Shown piece after piece: positions 63,501 through 64,000 of a stretch of 64,000 bases of DNA (position 1 is its first letter; each line of letters opens with the position of its first letter). The stretch is from the NCBI GenBank assembly GCA_905178155.1, contig CAJINV010000010.1, forward strand, positions 791,188 through 855,187, given 5' to 3'. The notes under the pieces were generated by a model. That model did no database searches, was not told the DNA's origin, and saw nothing but the letters and a program-made list of their open reading frames with translations. Made by a program: the position numbers and the translations under genes. Origin of the DNA: Amoebophrya sp. A120 (Eukaryota > Protista > Dinoflagellata).

Positions 63501-64000
63501 CATGATGAGCATAATAGATGACCCACAGGGCACTCAACTCTCTGAAATACAAATTTACTCAGAAGATTCTAGTGCGGAGTTTTGGGGCTCCAGAAGTTGT
63601 CATGCGCAATCCTGTGCAGCGAGTAGGCTAGATCATGCACTTTTTCTTGCGTCAGCACGAGTCTGCAGTTTTATGGTAACCAATTGGAGATTTTTGTAGT
63701 AGTTGAGCAGGGTATAGACGTCGCGGACGGACTGAAAAAGCACCGCAGACAGAAAATCAAGAACACGGAGGTGGTCAGCGGAATCCACGCGGGCAGGATG
63801 TTGGTCTGCAGCAGTCCTAGCTTCCCGCTGAAGCCGCTGATGCAAATTCCGCTTTGCAAAGTGCCGTCGGCAAGCTGTAGTACTAGTGCCTCTGGTACAA
63901 CTAGTACAATGCCACTGCAGCTTGAGGGGTCGGCAAGTCTTCTACATCCTGTTGCGTCTCAGGCAGAAGTGCAAAAAGCCATAGTGGCGGAACCACCAGG
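51553..64000 (+). CDS. Large hypothetical protein with WD40/beta-propeller-like segments; runs off the window end
   Basis: One frame stays open across 13 introners, three of them multi-kb: EINHLAFG..., QITALALTPDCLYCIIVYLDGFVDV, VFIGSLSGNLVAIDL. Start uncertain. Confidence 0.65.
51682..51892. mobile_element. Introner family D with 52-bp internal insert
   Basis: TSD GAAGA. Confidence 0.9.
52577..52950 (+). repeat. Three degenerate repeats of about 125-140 bp inside the PIF1 element
   Basis: Recurring GCCGCCCCGCGGGAATT...GGCGAGCGGGCCGG...GGGCGCCGAGT. Confidence 0.75.
53605..55188 (+). CDS. PIF1-family (SF1B) DNA helicase, Helitron-type, intronless
   Basis: GRRGTGKT (Walker A), CAPSGAAA, TIH, LCDEI (Walker B), PFGGVIFVGIGDRRQQLP, QCPLRLAYCKTFHAVQG, HGTGYVVFGRV, C-terminal TNIVWPEFL. 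First ATG at 53779. Confidence 0.92.
   Translation: MLCGFVAFEIFPDKYFADISTTERHSFNALAAQRRLERRLKRKPLNEKQQQAYDRVSDMVGRLAAYKLQNSATHGANVEAAATSPPLIFPPQHIQGRRGTGKTHLGRCLRDMATGAGLRGVCCAPSGAAARLYGLDAHTIHALNNMAPTRTKLQPDGLAFEDIATPTAENDAYLRSLDFALCDEIHSAQAAWIFELDAALRRARSNPAPFGGVIFVGIGDRRQQLPALNTAGFYGSRSPVARADLLAHSVHAVSFLKKPVAELHQLGKLERKNANTEQSWADFVETLATESQDIDLHRFAHVNKITAAERVALSPRAQILAATHHQCRRWNKLALETHRAFNPRAKAVTYRAEGRCEYAPCGSICETVPGDDCPPIDLELVEGSRVEFCRRYGSVVKHTKGVVRYLGRDFVSLEVETEGEADTLDAEPYTSMLLVPRLPIQVVDAYGEEHRYLQCPLRLAYCKTFHAVQGVTVSGESLLGSDVDAFTHGTGYVVFGRVEDESQIKTVSLNDERPEKLTNIVWPEFLA
55608..55850 (+). repeat. 81-bp tandem repeat x3 inside the PIF1 element
   Basis: TGAA(T/C)TAAGCCAAA at 55611, 55692 and 55773. 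Confidence 0.9.
56216..56468. mobile_element. Introner family A
   Basis: TSD GGCCA. Confidence 0.9.
56620..56773. mobile_element. Introner family D
   Basis: TSD GAAGC. Confidence 0.9.
56936..58699. mobile_element. Introner family B expanded to 1.76 kb
   Basis: TSD GGCGA. Confidence 0.9.
57214..58639. mobile_element. 1.4-kb insert with 17-bp TSD (possible retroposed sequence) nested in an introner
   Basis: Flanked by CACAGATCCAGCATCAG (57197-57213) and CACAAATCCAGCATCAG (58640-58656). No TIR and no recognisable domain. Confidence 0.65.
58955..59116. mobile_element. Introner family D
   Basis: TSD ACAAG. Confidence 0.9.
59640..59814. mobile_element. Introner family D
   Basis: TSD CCTGA. Confidence 0.9.
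59865..60196. mobile_element. Introner family C
   Basis: TSD CCCCG/TCCCG. Confidence 0.85.
60282..60430. mobile_element. Introner family D
   Basis: TSD GGCTG. Confidence 0.85.
60554..62785. mobile_element. Introner family A expanded to 2.2 kb
   Basis: TSD GGACA; removal restores frame. Confidence 0.82.
60740..62725 (-). mobile_element. About 2-kb insert with spliced-leader relic (possible retrocopy) nested in an introner
   Basis: Expands a family-A introner to 2.2 kb. Minus-strand TTTTGGCTCAAG at 62706-62717 lies next to the boundary. Ends approximate. Confidence 0.5.
62848..63162. mobile_element. Introner family B
   Basis: TSD CGGGG. Confidence 0.88.
63234..63409. mobile_element. Introner family F
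   Basis: TSD GAGGA. Confidence 0.9.
63434..63716. mobile_element. Introner family I (aged)
   Basis: TSD GACAT/GACGT. Confidence 0.78.

Noticed and set aside
258-63716. Idea that adjacent introners always belong to different families to avoid cross-pairing
   Set aside because: Holds for 14 of 15 neighbour pairs in Timeless, but same-family neighbours occur at 10682/11036, 18274/18673/19177, 22454/23045, 24479/24785, 30256/30592 and 58955/59640. It needs a genome-wide permutation test.
44-63859. Hundreds of short ORFs with recurring peptides ([29 protein letters not shown])
   Set aside because: These are translations of introner TIRs and GCATNACA boxes, not a protein family.

Overview
Gene-dense eukaryotic DNA. 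The best fit, by inference, is the parasitic syndinian dinoflagellate Amoebophrya. The six-frame ORF track is mostly noise because the real genes are cut into short exons by about 80 transposon-like 'introner' elements, typically 145-350 bp. Each has TAT...ATA termini, family-specific terminal inverted repeats (at least 10 families, labelled A-J here) and a 5-bp target-site duplication (TSD). Removing an element plus one TSD copy restores the reading frame, often where no GT-AG boundary is possible. Splicing by hand gives nine host genes: Timeless/Tof1 (-), an unknown gene (-), an EngB/YihA GTPase, a Cys-rich secreted/anchored protein, an OMS1-like methyltransferase, a Bmt5/DUF2431-like methyltransferase, an acidic-repeat protein, SAP-domain Tho1/SARNP and a WD40-like gene. 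All families share an internal GCAT[G/C/T]ACA box placed about 32, 42 or 53 bp from the termini (helical phasing). The transcript-downstream TSD copy appears to be the one that decays. Several introners shelter other elements: a Helitron, a 3.9-kb element with an intact PIF1 helicase, a 17-bp-TSD insert and an insert starting with a spliced-leader relic. Two Helentron-like elements, a foldback-like satellite and a 1.15-kb tandem duplication are also present. All gene models were built by hand without RNA data.
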